Positions 14,426-26,906 of a stretch of 64,000 nucleotides of DNA are shown piece by piece. Numbering within the stretch: the stretch's first letter is position 1; each line of letters opens with the position of its first letter. The stretch is from positions 94,674,001 through 94,738,000 of the forward strand of contig OX597821.1 of assembly GCA_951406725.2 (NCBI GenBank), written 5' to 3'. A program made the translations under genes and the position numbers. Source of the DNA: Octopus vulgaris. Its lineage: Eukaryota. The notes beneath the pieces were generated by a model. That model ran no database searches. It saw only the letters and a list, made by a program, of their open reading frames with translations, and was not told the DNA's origin.

Positions 14426-14475
14426 TAATAATAATAATAACAATAATAATATTAAAAAAATAATAATAATAATAA
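13808..14475. repeat. Compound trinucleotide microsatellite (GCT/GAT/GGT/AAT)n
   Basis: Read directly. Confidence 0.95.
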
Positions 14476-14743
14476 TCACAGCAACAACGACACAACGTCG
14501 GCATCGATGACGATAACTATGAGAATGATGACGATACTGTTGCTGTTGGTAATGGTGTTTGTAGTAGTGATGGTGCCGGTGGTGACGGAGGTAATAGCGA
14601 TGATGTCGGTGGTGGTGATGGTGGTGGTAGCGCTTCTGTTTATTTCACTGGACATCACAAGTGTGTGCACCGCTCATCGATCATAAATAATCTTCTATAT
14701 TACCCCCACACAGCCTTCTCGTCCTAATACCAACATCTCTCTT

Positions 14744-14778
<35 letters not shown>

Positions 14779-15201
14779 TCCCCAAACCCATATCTCTCTC
14801 CGTTGCTTATTGTTGATCAATTCTTATAGATTACGTGAAAAATATCGACCATTGCCAACAATAAACACTGTCACAAGATGGATGTTTATTTAACCAGCAG
14901 ATAACTTGTTGCTACCGCCTCGCCACTCACGAGGGCCACCACCGAGAAATATCGCATTCTTGATGGGTCGATGAGACATAGGACCTCTGAATTTGAGAAT
15001 CGACAATTTATAATCCCGCAACTAAAACTGCACAGTATCTATCTAAAAAGCCTCTTGAAATATCTTTATCCTAATATTCAGATTACGATCGATTTCAGAA
15101 ATGCAACCGTGGATGACTTTATCTGTTATCCTTCCTGGGCCGATGAAATAAATAATGCTTTTTGTTATAAGCTCAAGGCCTGAAATTTGGTGGGAGCGGT
15201 A

Positions 15202-15584
15202 TGGAAGCACTCCGTCGGTTACGACGACGAGGGCTCCGGTTGATCCGATCAACGGAACAGCCTGCTCGTGAAATTAACGTGTAAGTGGCTGAGCACTCCA
15301 CAAACACGTGTACCCTTAACGTAGTTCTCGGGATATTCAGCGTGACACAGAGAGTGACAAGGCCGGCCCTTTGAAATACAGGTACAACAGAAACAGGAAG
15401 TAAGAGTGAGAGAAAGTTGTGGTGAAAGAGTACAGCAGGGATCACCACCATCCCCTGCCGGAGCCTCATGGAGCTTTAGGTGTTTTCGCTCAATAAACAC
15501 TCACAACGCCCGGTCTGGGAATCGAAACCGCGATCCTACGACCGCGAGTCCGCTGCCCTAACCACTGGGCCATTGTGCCTCCAC
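15202..15584 (-). mobile_element. SINE family A, full length, 13-bp TSD
   Basis: Head GGAGGCACAATGGCCCAGTGGTTAGG...GGTTTCGATTCCC (A and B boxes); TSD ggtgggagcggta at 15189-15201 and 15585-15597. Confidence 0.93.
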
Positions 15585-15645
15585 GGTGGGAGCGGTACAG
15601 TCGATTAAATTGACTTAAGTACTCAATTGGTACTTATTTCATCGA

Positions 15646-15880
15646 TAAAGGCGGCGAGCTGGCAGAAACGTTAGCACACCGGGCGAAATGCGTAGCCGTA
15701 TTTCGTCTGCCGTTACGTTCTGAGTTCGAATTCCGCCCAGGTCGACTTTGCCTTTCATCCTTACGGGGTCGATAAAATAAGTACCAATTACGGACTGGGG
15801 TCGATGTAATCGACTTAATCCGTTTGTCTGTCCTTGTTTGACCTCTCGGTGTTTAGCCCCTTGTGGGTAGTAAAGAAATA
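15646..15880 (+). mobile_element. SINE family C, full length, 17-bp TSD
   Basis: TSD ggtacttatttcatcga at 15629-15645 and 15881-15897; inserted in an older minus-strand family C copy (~15170-15935). Confidence 0.92.
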
Positions 15881-16405
15881 GGTACTTATTTCATCGACCC
15901 CGAAAGAATAAAAGGCAAAGTCGACCTCGACCGATGAAATAAATAATAGTAACATAGAAATATTAAATATATCCTGGACCGCATCAAAGAAGGCCATCTA
16001 CTGATTGGCTTTAAATCACTAAAACATACGCTCCAGCTTCTAAGTCTACAGATGTGCTATCGCTCACTACTGTTACCTCATCTCTCTGTCGTTCCTATAA
16101 TAATATATGGTCCCCGTTCCTTGGAACTGGATTGTCTCGTACTTCCTTCACGCAGGTACTCTAGACTAATTTGTCTCTTCATTTCTTGTCATTCTTGTTG
16201 CGGTCAGTCCTTGGTTTCGTACAAACCACTTAAACCCACCCAATCGTTACCTTCCACCGAGCATTCACCCTCTGGAATCTTCCACATGTTCATATCTTTC
16301 TTTTCGATGTTGAGCTACAACATTTTAAACGGAATATCAACGGCATCAAGCTCATCGGTCTCGAAGGGCCTTCAATGGTCATGGGCTATGATCCTTCCTG
16401 TGTAC

Positions 16406-16662
<257 letters not shown>

Positions 16663-17210
16663 TGGAGATCGATTGAGCCGTTATTTCCAACATTGGTCAG
16701 AAGGAAACCAATCGATTAAGTAATCTTGCAAATGCATAAAGAACATCGAAAATCTATTACCTTAGGAGTTATGTTCGATTACTTCTTATGATACGAACCC
16801 TCCACCCTCTGCCATCCTTTTCCATGCCCCTACTCGGTTGTCACGCGGATATGGTGTATATGTGGCAAATACCTATTTTATTGATTCTGTCCTGGTGTAA
16901 GGATACTAATGTATGTTAAAAGAATTGAACAATTTATGAAATATAGCATCTACTTTCGTAAATCTGTGCTCTGTGTTCAAATCTGAGAAGTGTTTATTAA
17001 ATAGGATTGATGATAATGAGCGTATCCACTTGCAACGAGGGAACTTGAACCGATATCTTGCACCTCGTCTTGCTGAATATCTTATCAACAACCACCACAA
17101 ACACAACCATCATCACCACCACCACAGTCATCTTCATTATCATCATCACCATCATCATCATCATTATCATCATCATCGTCATCATCATCTTAGTAACATC
17201 CTTCCTTGTT

Positions 17211-17447
17211 CCAGTTCTATTTTTAAGAGATGAGGAATTATGTACATCGTTTACATTATTTACATTTGACGGATATGTGTCCCCATCTTGTTTGTTGTTA
17301 ACACAACGTTTCGGCTGATATACCCTCCAGCCTTCTTCAGGTGTCTTGGGGAAATTTCGAACCTGGGTTCTCATTCCTTAGGTACTTTTCGATGTTATTA
17401 TTATTATTATTATGATTATCATCATCATCATCGTCATCATCATCATC

Positions 17448-17546
<99 letters not shown>

Positions 17547-17577
17547 GTTGTTGTTGTTGTTGTTATTATTATTATTA

Positions 17578-17641
<64 letters not shown>

Positions 17642-17728
17642 TATTGTACAGGTCAATGCTTGGAATCGAACTCAGAATCTTAGGGTTAGTAGCCTGCGCT
17701 CTTAACCACTACACCATATGCCCGTGGG
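17211..17728 (-). mobile_element. tRNA-headed SINE-like element with internal (AAT/GAT)n and a 3' hammerhead ribozyme, 14-bp TSD
   Basis: Head 17723-17657 with TGGTGTAGTGG and GAGTTCGATTCC; TSD catccttcctt(g/a)tt at 17197-17210 and 17729-17742. Confidence 0.8.
17301..17344 (-). ncRNA. Minimal type I hammerhead ribozyme (Penelope-type)
   Basis: ACAC CUGAAGA A GGCUG-GAGGGUAUAU-CAGCC GAAA CG UU GUGU: intact core, 5-bp stem II, palindromic stem III, GUU cleavage triplet. Confidence 0.78.
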
Positions 17729-17972
17729 CATCCTTCCTTATTACTGATACTAGTGTTCTCGTTGCTTTTCTCAGTAATTTTCTTTAAATTGTGTTACTAT
17801 TATTTTTTAGTTTTCCAACTTATGTCAATAAAATCCATTCTCAGGTAATACATAAACACCATAAGATTCTTTCTTTGCTGTAAAATATTAGACATTTGTG
17901 CCTAGTGAAAATAAAATCTCTTATATTTGATGGAGAAATCGACAGAAAGCTTGTGTATCGTGTGTGCAACTA

Positions 17973-18400
17973 TACTCTTTACTCTTTACTCTTTTACTCT
18001 TTTACTTGTTACAGTCATTTGACTGCGGCCATGCTGGAGCACCGCCTTTAGTCGAGCAACTCGACCCCGGGACTTATTCTTTTTGTAAGCCCAGTACTTA
18101 TTCTATCGGTCTCTTTTTGCCGAACCGCTAAGTGACGGGGACGTAAACACACCAGCATCGGTTGTCAAGCAATGTTAGGGTAACAAACACAGACACACAA
18201 ACACACACACATACATATATATATATATACATATATACGACAGGCTTCTTTCAGTTTCCGTCTACCAAATCCACTCACAAGGCTTGGTCGGCCCGGGGCT
18301 ATAGCAGAAGACACTTGCCCAAGATGCCACGCAGTGGGACTGAACCCGGAACCATGTGGTTGGTTAGCAAGCTACTTACCACACAGCCACTCCTGCGCCT
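17973..18400 (-). mobile_element. SINE family B, full length
   Basis: Complete match from the tail repeat to cactcctgcgcct. Confidence 0.92.
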
Positions 18401-18606
18401 AAGTGTATAAGTTATACTGTGCATAAGTTTAAACAATTAACTCTTGGAAATAGCTTACAGTATAACTGATTAACCTCAGAGTGGCCCTGATTCAGCAGAC
18501 GTATGATCAAAGGCATTCCAACAATGATCATCCTGTCTTTTTAGCATTGTCTACTTCGGACTGCATTATTCAATATTTCCATTTATTAGTAAAGCAGTAG
18601 GTTATT

Positions 18607-19107
18607 CAGTGGTCCCTCGCTACTTCGCGGTTCAACTATCGCGGATTCACGACTTCGCGGATTTAAAAAATATAGATATATGAAAAAAGTTTTCATTAAA
18701 TTCATTAAAATATTAATAATAAATATTATTTCCTAGTCTAGGAACAACAAAACAAGCGTAAAATAGCAAAGAAGCATATACAGGGGTATTTGAACTTAAG
18801 ACGGGCTGTGATTGGTGCAATGGAGAGAGACAACGAATCACAGCTTTCTATGTTGTAATCTGGCCTGTGTAACAGTAACAATCTTTATTTTTTAAATCTA
18901 AAGTGTTATTGCTTAACAGTTGTCCTTGTTATTGATATATTAATAGATCACTGTAATAGATGGGTTGTTAACAGTACAGGGGTGGGGTTTAAAAGTACAA
19001 GTACACGTTTTAATAAATACTGTAAATATGGTGTCCCTACTTCGTGGAAATTCAGTTATCGCGGCCTGTCTCGGAACCAATCTACCGCGATAAACGAGGG
19101 ACCACTG
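18607..19107. mobile_element. Tigger/pogo-like MITE
   Basis: TIRs cagtggtccctcg...cgagggaccactg with TA on the right; subterminal tcgcgg repeats. Confidence 0.8.
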
Positions 19108-19165
19108 TAATTTTAAAAAGAAAAAAATGGCGGCCATTTCTAAGAAGGCGAACCACCATATAGAT

Positions 19166-19407
19166 CAGTGGTTCTGAACCGAGGTCCATGCCACCCTTGA
19201 GGTCCATATAAGATTTTGTTGTTAAAAATTATGTGCAATAAATTGGTTATACTTCTACAATACATAAAATATTTTGATTTTTTAAAAAATACAATTCCTA
19301 ATCATATTTATTAACAAAAATATAACGGCGATGGGTACGAGGGGGGTCATCGGAGTAAAATAGGAACCAAAGAGACGATAGGTAAAAAAAGTTGTTGTGA
19401 AACTCTG
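19166..19407. mobile_element. hAT/Charlie-like MITE with 8-bp TSD
   Basis: Starts cagtggttctgaac, ends gaaactctg; TSD atatagat at 19158-19165 and 19408-19415. Confidence 0.75.
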
Positions 19408-20324
19408 ATATAGATACACTTAGAACTCGTTTTCAATGGTTATCAGTAGTTTGCATGAGCAAGATGATCTCTCCATGTATGTATCTACCTACGACTGACA
19501 TGAACCAACTCAATGAATTCTTCTCGGCTAACCATATTTCTTCAATAAAGAAGAGCACGTTGATTATGATATCCTGGACAAAATGTCTGAAAAATATCCG
19601 AGTACTTTGATCATAGGTCTGCTTGATCAGGATTTAGAACCACGTTATAATAACAACAGGATACAGGATCGATGCTACTTTTTTTTCTTCAACATTTTTT
19701 CTTTTCTTTATTTTTTTTCTTTCGACGTAGCATCATTCCTGTATTTAGCTGCTGTTTAGAGCAGATCGCGCGACTGTGAAAAGCAATTTGCAAACTCCCT
19801 GTGCTTCTACTTTAAAGTTGAAACCATAAAGAGGCCTTCATCACTACTCAAGTTCAATTTTGATTCGAGCCATTTGGTTTCATTTATGTCACTAATGTCC
19901 TTGCAAAACGTTATGAACATCAAAAATTCTCACAATGTAATTTCTGAATATCCGACATTTTATATCTATCCATGTAACAATCCTTGATCGAATAGAGTTA
20001 GTAATCCTTAACAAAATCCGGCAAATCACCCACTTTGAATGACATTAATCCTCAAAATAAAATATATTCTGCAAGTTATTCATAAGGATTCATGGGAATT
20101 ACTAAGCCGATAATAGATAGCTTATCCCACTTGGATAAGATACTACACAGCTAGAAGAATAGAAAGAGTCCAAGAAAAAAAAACAACATTTATAACCAGA
20201 TTTGGTTTCATGAGCCATTAAACAAAAGTTAACACCATATATTGGGTCATGTACACCCAACATCTAAATACTGCCAGATAAACCGATGTTTACAAGACTG
20301 AAATATTTTGCTGAAAGATATAAT

Positions 20325-20688
20325 CTCTTTATTCTCTTTACTCTTTTACTTGTTTCAGTCATTTGACTGCGGCCATGCTGGAGCACCGCCTTTAATCGAG
20401 GAACTCGACCCCAGGACTTATTCTTTTGTAAGCCCAGTACTTATTCTATCGGCCTCTTTTGCCGAACCGCTAAGTAACGGGGACATAAGCACACCAGCAT
20501 TGGTTGTCAAGCAATGCTAGGGGGACAAACACAGACACACAAACACACACACGCATATATATATATATACATATATACGACGGGCTTCTTTCAGTTTCCG
20601 TCTACCAAATCCACTCACAAGGCTTTGGTCGGCCCGAGGCTATAGTAGAAGACACTTGCCCAAGGTGCCACGCAGTGAACCCGGAATC
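20325..20688 (-). mobile_element. SINE family B, 5'-truncated
   Basis: Matches family B. Confidence 0.88.
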
Positions 20689-21080
20689 ACGGTATATTTC
20701 TTGCTCTTTCCGCCAAATACTCATGCTAACTCAACATGATGTACTCAAAAATACTCTAGGATAAACATACAAATTAATAATGAATAGTGTTGCTTTTTGT
20801 TGTTGGGTTGCTTCCATGCATGGATACCTGATAGAGCAGCGGAGCGAATATCAAAAGCGTTCCAGTCATGACAATTGCGTCGTTTTCTTTTCTTTTGCTT
20901 TCTTTCATTTTTCTTTTTCTTGACGTAGTGTATGTAACTAAAGTATCATTCGTGTATTTCGCTGTTATTTATAGCAGATCGAGCGACTATGAAAAAAGCC
21001 TTTTGCAAGCTCGTTGTGTTTCTACATTAAAGCTGAAGCCATGAATTCACCGAAGAGAAACCAGTGTAATCCTTGCTTTC

Positions 21081-21089
21081 AATAATAAC

Positions 21090-21167
<78 letters not shown>

Positions 21168-21310
21168 TATAATAATAATAATAATGATTGTGGTGGCGGT
21201 GGTGGTGGTGGTGGTGGTGATTTTTATTTTCACATGGACAAAATAATAATAATAATAATAATAATAATTTTAATAATAATAATAATAATGATAATAACAA
21301 CAACAACAAC

Positions 21311-21353
<43 letters not shown>

Positions 21354-21418
21354 TATTAATAATAATAATAATAATAATAATAATGATAATAATAATAATA
21401 GTAATAATAATAATAATG

Positions 21419-21482
<64 letters not shown>

Positions 21483-21483
21483 T

Positions 21484-21557
<74 letters not shown>

Positions 21558-21587
21558 TAATAATAATAATAATAATAATAACAATAC

Positions 21588-21648
<61 letters not shown>
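21081..21648. repeat. (AAT)n-dominated microsatellite
   Basis: Read directly. Confidence 0.95.
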
Positions 21649-21805
21649 CCGTATCAGACTGAAGTCTATGCCATCGAATCCCTCTCAGATTAATCAAGCG
21701 CAACGTTTTGTGTTCCAGTCACTGAACACTGATTCTTTGCAAACTTTTGAAGATATCGCTCTCCGTTTCCCTTCAAATAAATTCATAAATACACACGCAA
21801 GCACG

Positions 21806-21904
<99 letters not shown>

Positions 21905-22419
21905 GCACACACACACGCACATAAATGAATGAATTAAACAGATACACACTTCCTGCAAATGCTACTCGATTGTCAATAGATAGAGGCAGTTTTTACGGTA
22001 TTTCCACTCAGGTGTGTCGCAATTTGTTTCATCTGATTTTTACAATATTCATGGTTGATTTAACACTTCATCAAGAATTTACATAACATGTTTCGATTCT
22101 GTTGCTGTTCCCACCACTTCTTCCCCGTCTAGATTGCTTACATATATTACATCTAGTTTTACCATTCGATTTACTGTTTTTTTTTTGTTTCCGAAATTAT
22201 TTGTGTATTTTATTTAAATAAAAATGTATATGCGATATTTATTTAAAATGCATGTATACCTACGTACCTATCCACATACCTATACACCTCTCTCTGTCTC
22301 TCTCTGCCTTTCTCTGTCCCTCTCTGTCTCTCTCTCTCTCTCTCTCTTTTTCTCTCTCTCTCCCTTTCTGCCTCACTAAATATGCAAAGATGATTGTGTA
22401 TGTCTACACACAGATATAA

Positions 22420-22508
<89 letters not shown>

Positions 22509-22713
22509 CATATAAGGGGGTTGACCACAACGTGGACATCCATTATGCTAGAAGTAGATCCGCTATGGTCTTACCTCTAAGAAAGGAATGTTCTCAACAA
22601 AATTCAGCAGACGCTAAATGGTTTTAAAATGATATTAATCAAATTAATATTCAATTCTTTACCCTTATTATTTTAAATTTATATATCTATCTATCTATCT
22701 ATCTATCTATATA

Positions 22714-22802
<89 letters not shown>

Positions 22803-22849
22803 CATATACGTGTCCCTGCCGTAAGACTTCACTTCTATACACGCCAGCT

Positions 22850-23150
22850 TAATTTAATTCATCCTTAGTCGAAAGACACCGGTCGTTAATGTCCTGTTGT
22901 TTACATTTGTATTTGTGTACCATTTCTCCGATTTTTTCCGTCCTTGTTTTCGTATACATTCGCTGCTTTCTTTCAAGAAATCTAGTGCTCTTAGCTTCGA
23001 TTTTCCTTGGGGCTGGCCAGATTGGAGCAGTCTCGAGTATAACCAGCCGAAACTGCAAAGAGAATCTGGAACTGACGAATGAAAACTCCGAATGATCCGT
23101 CCCTGTTTTTTCATGTCCCTTTTTGTATCATCCAACTGTCTGGATGTTTT
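22850..23150 (+). mobile_element. Unclassified repeat, related to 45200-45385 (minus); possible PLE terminal repeat
   Basis: Both share ggctggcca..ggagca.tctc.ag..taa.cagccgaaa.tgc..tctgg..ctga.ga..cgaatg..ccgtcc. Confidence 0.5.
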
Positions 23151-23154
23151 GTTG

Positions 23155-23424
23155 TCGCCTGATAATGCAGGATTTTCCTCACGTATTGCCTCAAGAAGCT
23201 TATCATCAAACTCAACTGGACGTCCTGTTCGATGTTCATCTTCAAGGCTGAGATCTCCACTTCTGAATTTTGCAAACCATCTTCTGCAAGTGCTTTCATT
23301 CAAGCATTCTTTCCCATAAACTGAGTGTATGTTTCGAGTCGCTTCGCCGCAGAGTTTCTTTTTTTGTACTCATAAAGCATTATGTGCCTTAAATGCTCTT
23401 TGGATACTTCCATGTTAGAAAGGG
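23155..23424 (-). pseudogene. Mariner (Mos1-like) transposase N-terminal fragment, frameshifted
   Basis: [18 protein letters not shown]...ESTCRRWFAKFRSGDLSLEDEHRTGRPVEFD (HTH and GRP motif). Confidence 0.88.
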
Positions 23425-23531
23425 ATATATATATATATATATATATGTAGGTCCCGGGTTGAGTCGGGGTTAACCACAGTAAATAAGGTACTCAATACAT
23501 AGCAGAGTAAATTAATTTATTTTATAGAAGG

Positions 23532-23582
23532 AGCTTCTACAGGACTAGAACTGTTTCATTCAAAAGAAATCATCAAGAAGCT
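23532..23582 (-). ncRNA. Type I hammerhead ribozyme motif with a full stem III
   Basis: AGCUUC UUGAUGA U UUC-UUUU-GAA U GAAA CAG-UUCUAGUC-CUG UA GAAGCU: 6-bp stem I, GUA triplet, C3U variant, weak stem II. Confidence 0.62.
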
Positions 23583-23732
23583 AGGTGACAAGAGTAGTTT
23601 TGGCATTTATACATTTAGGCAGGTTTAAAGGGGTGGTGATGGGGGACTTTTTTGGGGTAGGCATGGCGCAAACTATCATACCCCAAAAAGTCCCCCACCA
23701 CCCCCCTTTAAACCTGCCTAAATGTATAAAAT

Positions 23733-23770
<38 letters not shown>

Positions 23771-23773
<3 letters not shown>

Positions 23774-23986
23774 TTGTTTCAGTCATTTGACTGCGACCAT
23801 GTGGGAGAACCGCCGCCTTGAATGTTTTTTGTCGAATAATTCAACCCCATGGCTTATTTTTAAGCCTATACTTACTCTATCCGTCTCTAGGCCGAACCGC
23901 TAAGTTGCGGGGGCGTTGAATTATTCGACAAAAAACGTTCAAGGCGGCGGTTCTCCCACATGGTCGCAGTCAAATGACTGAAACAA

Positions 23987-24058
<72 letters not shown>

Positions 24059-24150
24059 CCCTTTCTAACATGGAAGTATCCAAAGAGCATTTAAGGCACA
24101 TAATGCTTTATGAGTACAAAAAAAGAAACTCTGCGGCGAAGCGACTCGAA

Positions 24151-24211
<61 letters not shown>

Positions 24212-24312
24212 AATCTTTGGTCGGTCCGCGGCTATAGTAGAAAACTCTTGCTCAAGGTGTCACCGCAGTGGGACTGAACCCAGAACCATGTGATTGGGAA
24301 GCAAGCTTCTTA
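23771..24312 (-). mobile_element. Diverged SINE family B broken by inverted duplications
   Basis: 3' part at 23771-23913 and 5' part at 24205-24312. Confidence 0.7.
24059..24152 (+). repeat. Inverted duplicate of the mariner fragment at 23331-23424
   Basis: Identical by eye over ~94 bp, including the frameshift. Confidence 0.9.
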
Positions 24313-25375
24313 CTTTTTATAATTCCAGTGTTAATAGATAAATTAATGCAACATTCAGGTACTGAGATCGATGTAATCGACTAACTCTCTCTCCTCAAAA
24401 CTGATGCCTTGTGCCTATTGGTGTTAGATGTACTCAGATCCGTTACCTTCTTAGCCCCGCTTTCTCTATGCGTTATTTGGATATTACAAACTATTTCAGA
24501 AATGATATGACCTTTCTTTATGTATCTTTGTGATGAGTTATATTTGATTAATTATTCCCTCAACCATTTTCACTTATATTGGAATGTCGGCTCGATGTCG
24601 TTAACTATTAACATCTTCAGCAATTGAGTAATTTTACATATACTCTTGTCTAACCCTGTTTTATAAAGCAAGTGAATTTTATTTAAATTCGGTCCCTGAA
24701 GATTTTGAACTTTGTTTTTATTTGACTTGATTTGCAATGGCGTCAAATCAACAAGGAAACCCCCATCAAAGAAAAATAATAAACATTTCCTGCGGATGCA
24801 AAGCAGAAAAACATAAACGTCCTGCTTTTCAGCGGGGCACCCATAGTTTAGGTAAGGAAAATGTTGAGGATACCGAAAAAAAAAAAGGAATAGCTATTTG
24901 AGTGGTCTGGAGAACTTATTCGATAAATGTAATAACGATAATAACAGCAACAACATTGACTATATCATACAGACAAATCACTGTTTGGCAAGCAAGCAAT
25001 GTTCAAATGGAGGCAGGGTTGTTAAAATTGCCACAAATATTGACATATTGGTTAAAGACAATGCTCAATCCAAAATAGAAGTGCGACAAAACTTTTTAAA
25101 TGGGATTCCGTTTTTTTACTCGAAAATTTTATGCATGACAAAGCAACGAAAGGATCGAACTGCTTTTGTTCACAAAAGGCGAGCGAACGTTTCTTTGTCC
25201 TCGAGGTAGAAGATAACTCGAGATTTGGAAAATATCTGGACTACATTTTGTTCATAGAGGAAGGTAAAGTTTACTGCCCCATCTTACTGGCCTTCAAGAT
25301 TGACAATGAGGTACGGCACCATATTATGCGGAACACCCGCTTATATGCTCGCACTCAAGTACACGGGATTATGCA

Positions 25376-25768
25376 TGGATGGAAGCACTCCGTCGGTTAC
25401 GACGATGAGGGCTCCGGTTGATCCGAATCAACGGAACAGCCTGCTCGTGAAATTAACGTGTAAGTGGCTGAGCACTCCACAGACACGTGCATCCTTAACG
25501 TAGTTCTCGGGGATATTCAGCGTGACACAGAGAGTGACAAGGCCGGCCCCTTGAAATACAGGTACAACAGAAACAGGAAGTAAGAGTGAGAGAAAGTTGT
25601 GGCGAAAGAGTACAGCAGGGATCACCACCATCCCCTGCCGGAGCGTCGTGGAGCTTTTTTAGGTGTTTTCGCTCAATAAACACTCACAACGCCCGGTCTG
25701 GGAATCGAAACCGCGATCCTATGACCGTGAGTCCGCTGCCCTAACCACTGGGCCATTGCGCCTCCACA
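25376..25768 (-). mobile_element. SINE family A, full length, 13-bp TSD
   Basis: TSD acgggattatgca at 25363-25375 and 25769-25781; (CCAT)n tail. Confidence 0.93.
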
Positions 25769-26699
25769 ACGGGATTATGCAATACAAATGCGAATGTAGC
25801 ATTGCAAATAACAATCGTTCTTTGTTACCACATTTGGTATGGGCAGGTGATAAGTGCACAAAATGACCTTGAAGATGTGCCTTTTTGTTAATACTGAGAC
25901 AAAAAAAAAAGGATCAGGCTTGATGGCACAAAGTAAGAAGCGTAGTTATTAAAGCTGTGATAGTAAGAATCACTTGAGGGAATTTGTCCTGTAGAGTTGG
26001 AAAACTGAAAATCGAAGGAGACGAGAATGTGGATGAGAAGAGCAGGTCACAGACTAAAGAGTTCAATCAGTCACAGGCCAGGTCTTGCTGCCTCAGTAGC
26101 ATTGCCAGTCACACTACCGGACAGAGCTCGGAGGAAAACCTATCTCATTCTTGAATCAATATTACTTAGCAGAATCGGTAGCGCGTTGATAGTATTTTCT
26201 TTGCATTGACTGTTCCGTTCCGCTACGTTCTGAGTCCAAATCTTACGGAAGTCAATTATTCCCTTTCTTCTTTTGAGGGACGGTGAAATAAAGTACCAGT
26301 ACTTAGATAGTATCGACTTATAAGCTTTATGCCCAAAGCTGAAGCTATTATTAAGGGCGGTGTATTGAGAGTATCGCCAGCTCGTCAGATAAAATGTGAT
26401 ATATGCACAAGTTCAGCTTTCATGCTGAACAAGAGACAAGCACTGAGGCGGTATTGACTAACCTATGCTCTCAAATTTCTCAGCTTGTGTTTACAGTAGA
26501 AAAAATATGATTATTTTATGAAGACTATAATTTCATTTCAAAACATCAAATTAAAAATAATGGTTACTACATTTGCCAGGAACGCAATATAAATGCAAGC
26601 GATTCAAATATGGAAATGAAAACAAGTATCTCAGAATATTGGTATATTCCTTCATGCAGGAACTAACCATCACCATTAAGTGCATTCATATTGGTTTTA

Positions 26700-26906
26700 A
26701 ATTTTGGCACAAGGCCAGCGATTTCAGGGGAGGGAGTAAGTCAATTACATCGACTGCAGTGATCAACTACTACTTACTCTATCGACCCCGAGAGGATGAA
26801 AGATAAAATCGATCTCGGTGATATTTGAACTCAGAACGCAAAGATGGATGAAATGTCGCTAAGCATTTTACCCGGCGCGCTAACGATTCTGCCAGCTCGC
26901 TGCCTT
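26700..26906 (-). mobile_element. SINE family C, diverged
   Basis: atcgaccccgagaggatgaaag...gaactcagaacg...tctgccagctcgctgcctt. Confidence 0.8.

Noticed and set aside
15500-15584. tRNA genes at SINE heads (also 17657-17723, 25690-25765, 38524-38595, 49885-49960, 55203-55275)
   Set aside because: A and B boxes are present, but there is no proper acceptor stem and each continues into a SINE body.
15970-16408. Possible LTR fragment next to (TA)n
   Set aside because: No second copy, primer-binding site, polypurine tract or coding motif to support it.
24898-25375. Possible decayed transposase or host exon
   Set aside because: Fragmented frames with no motif I can identify confidently; needs BLASTx.
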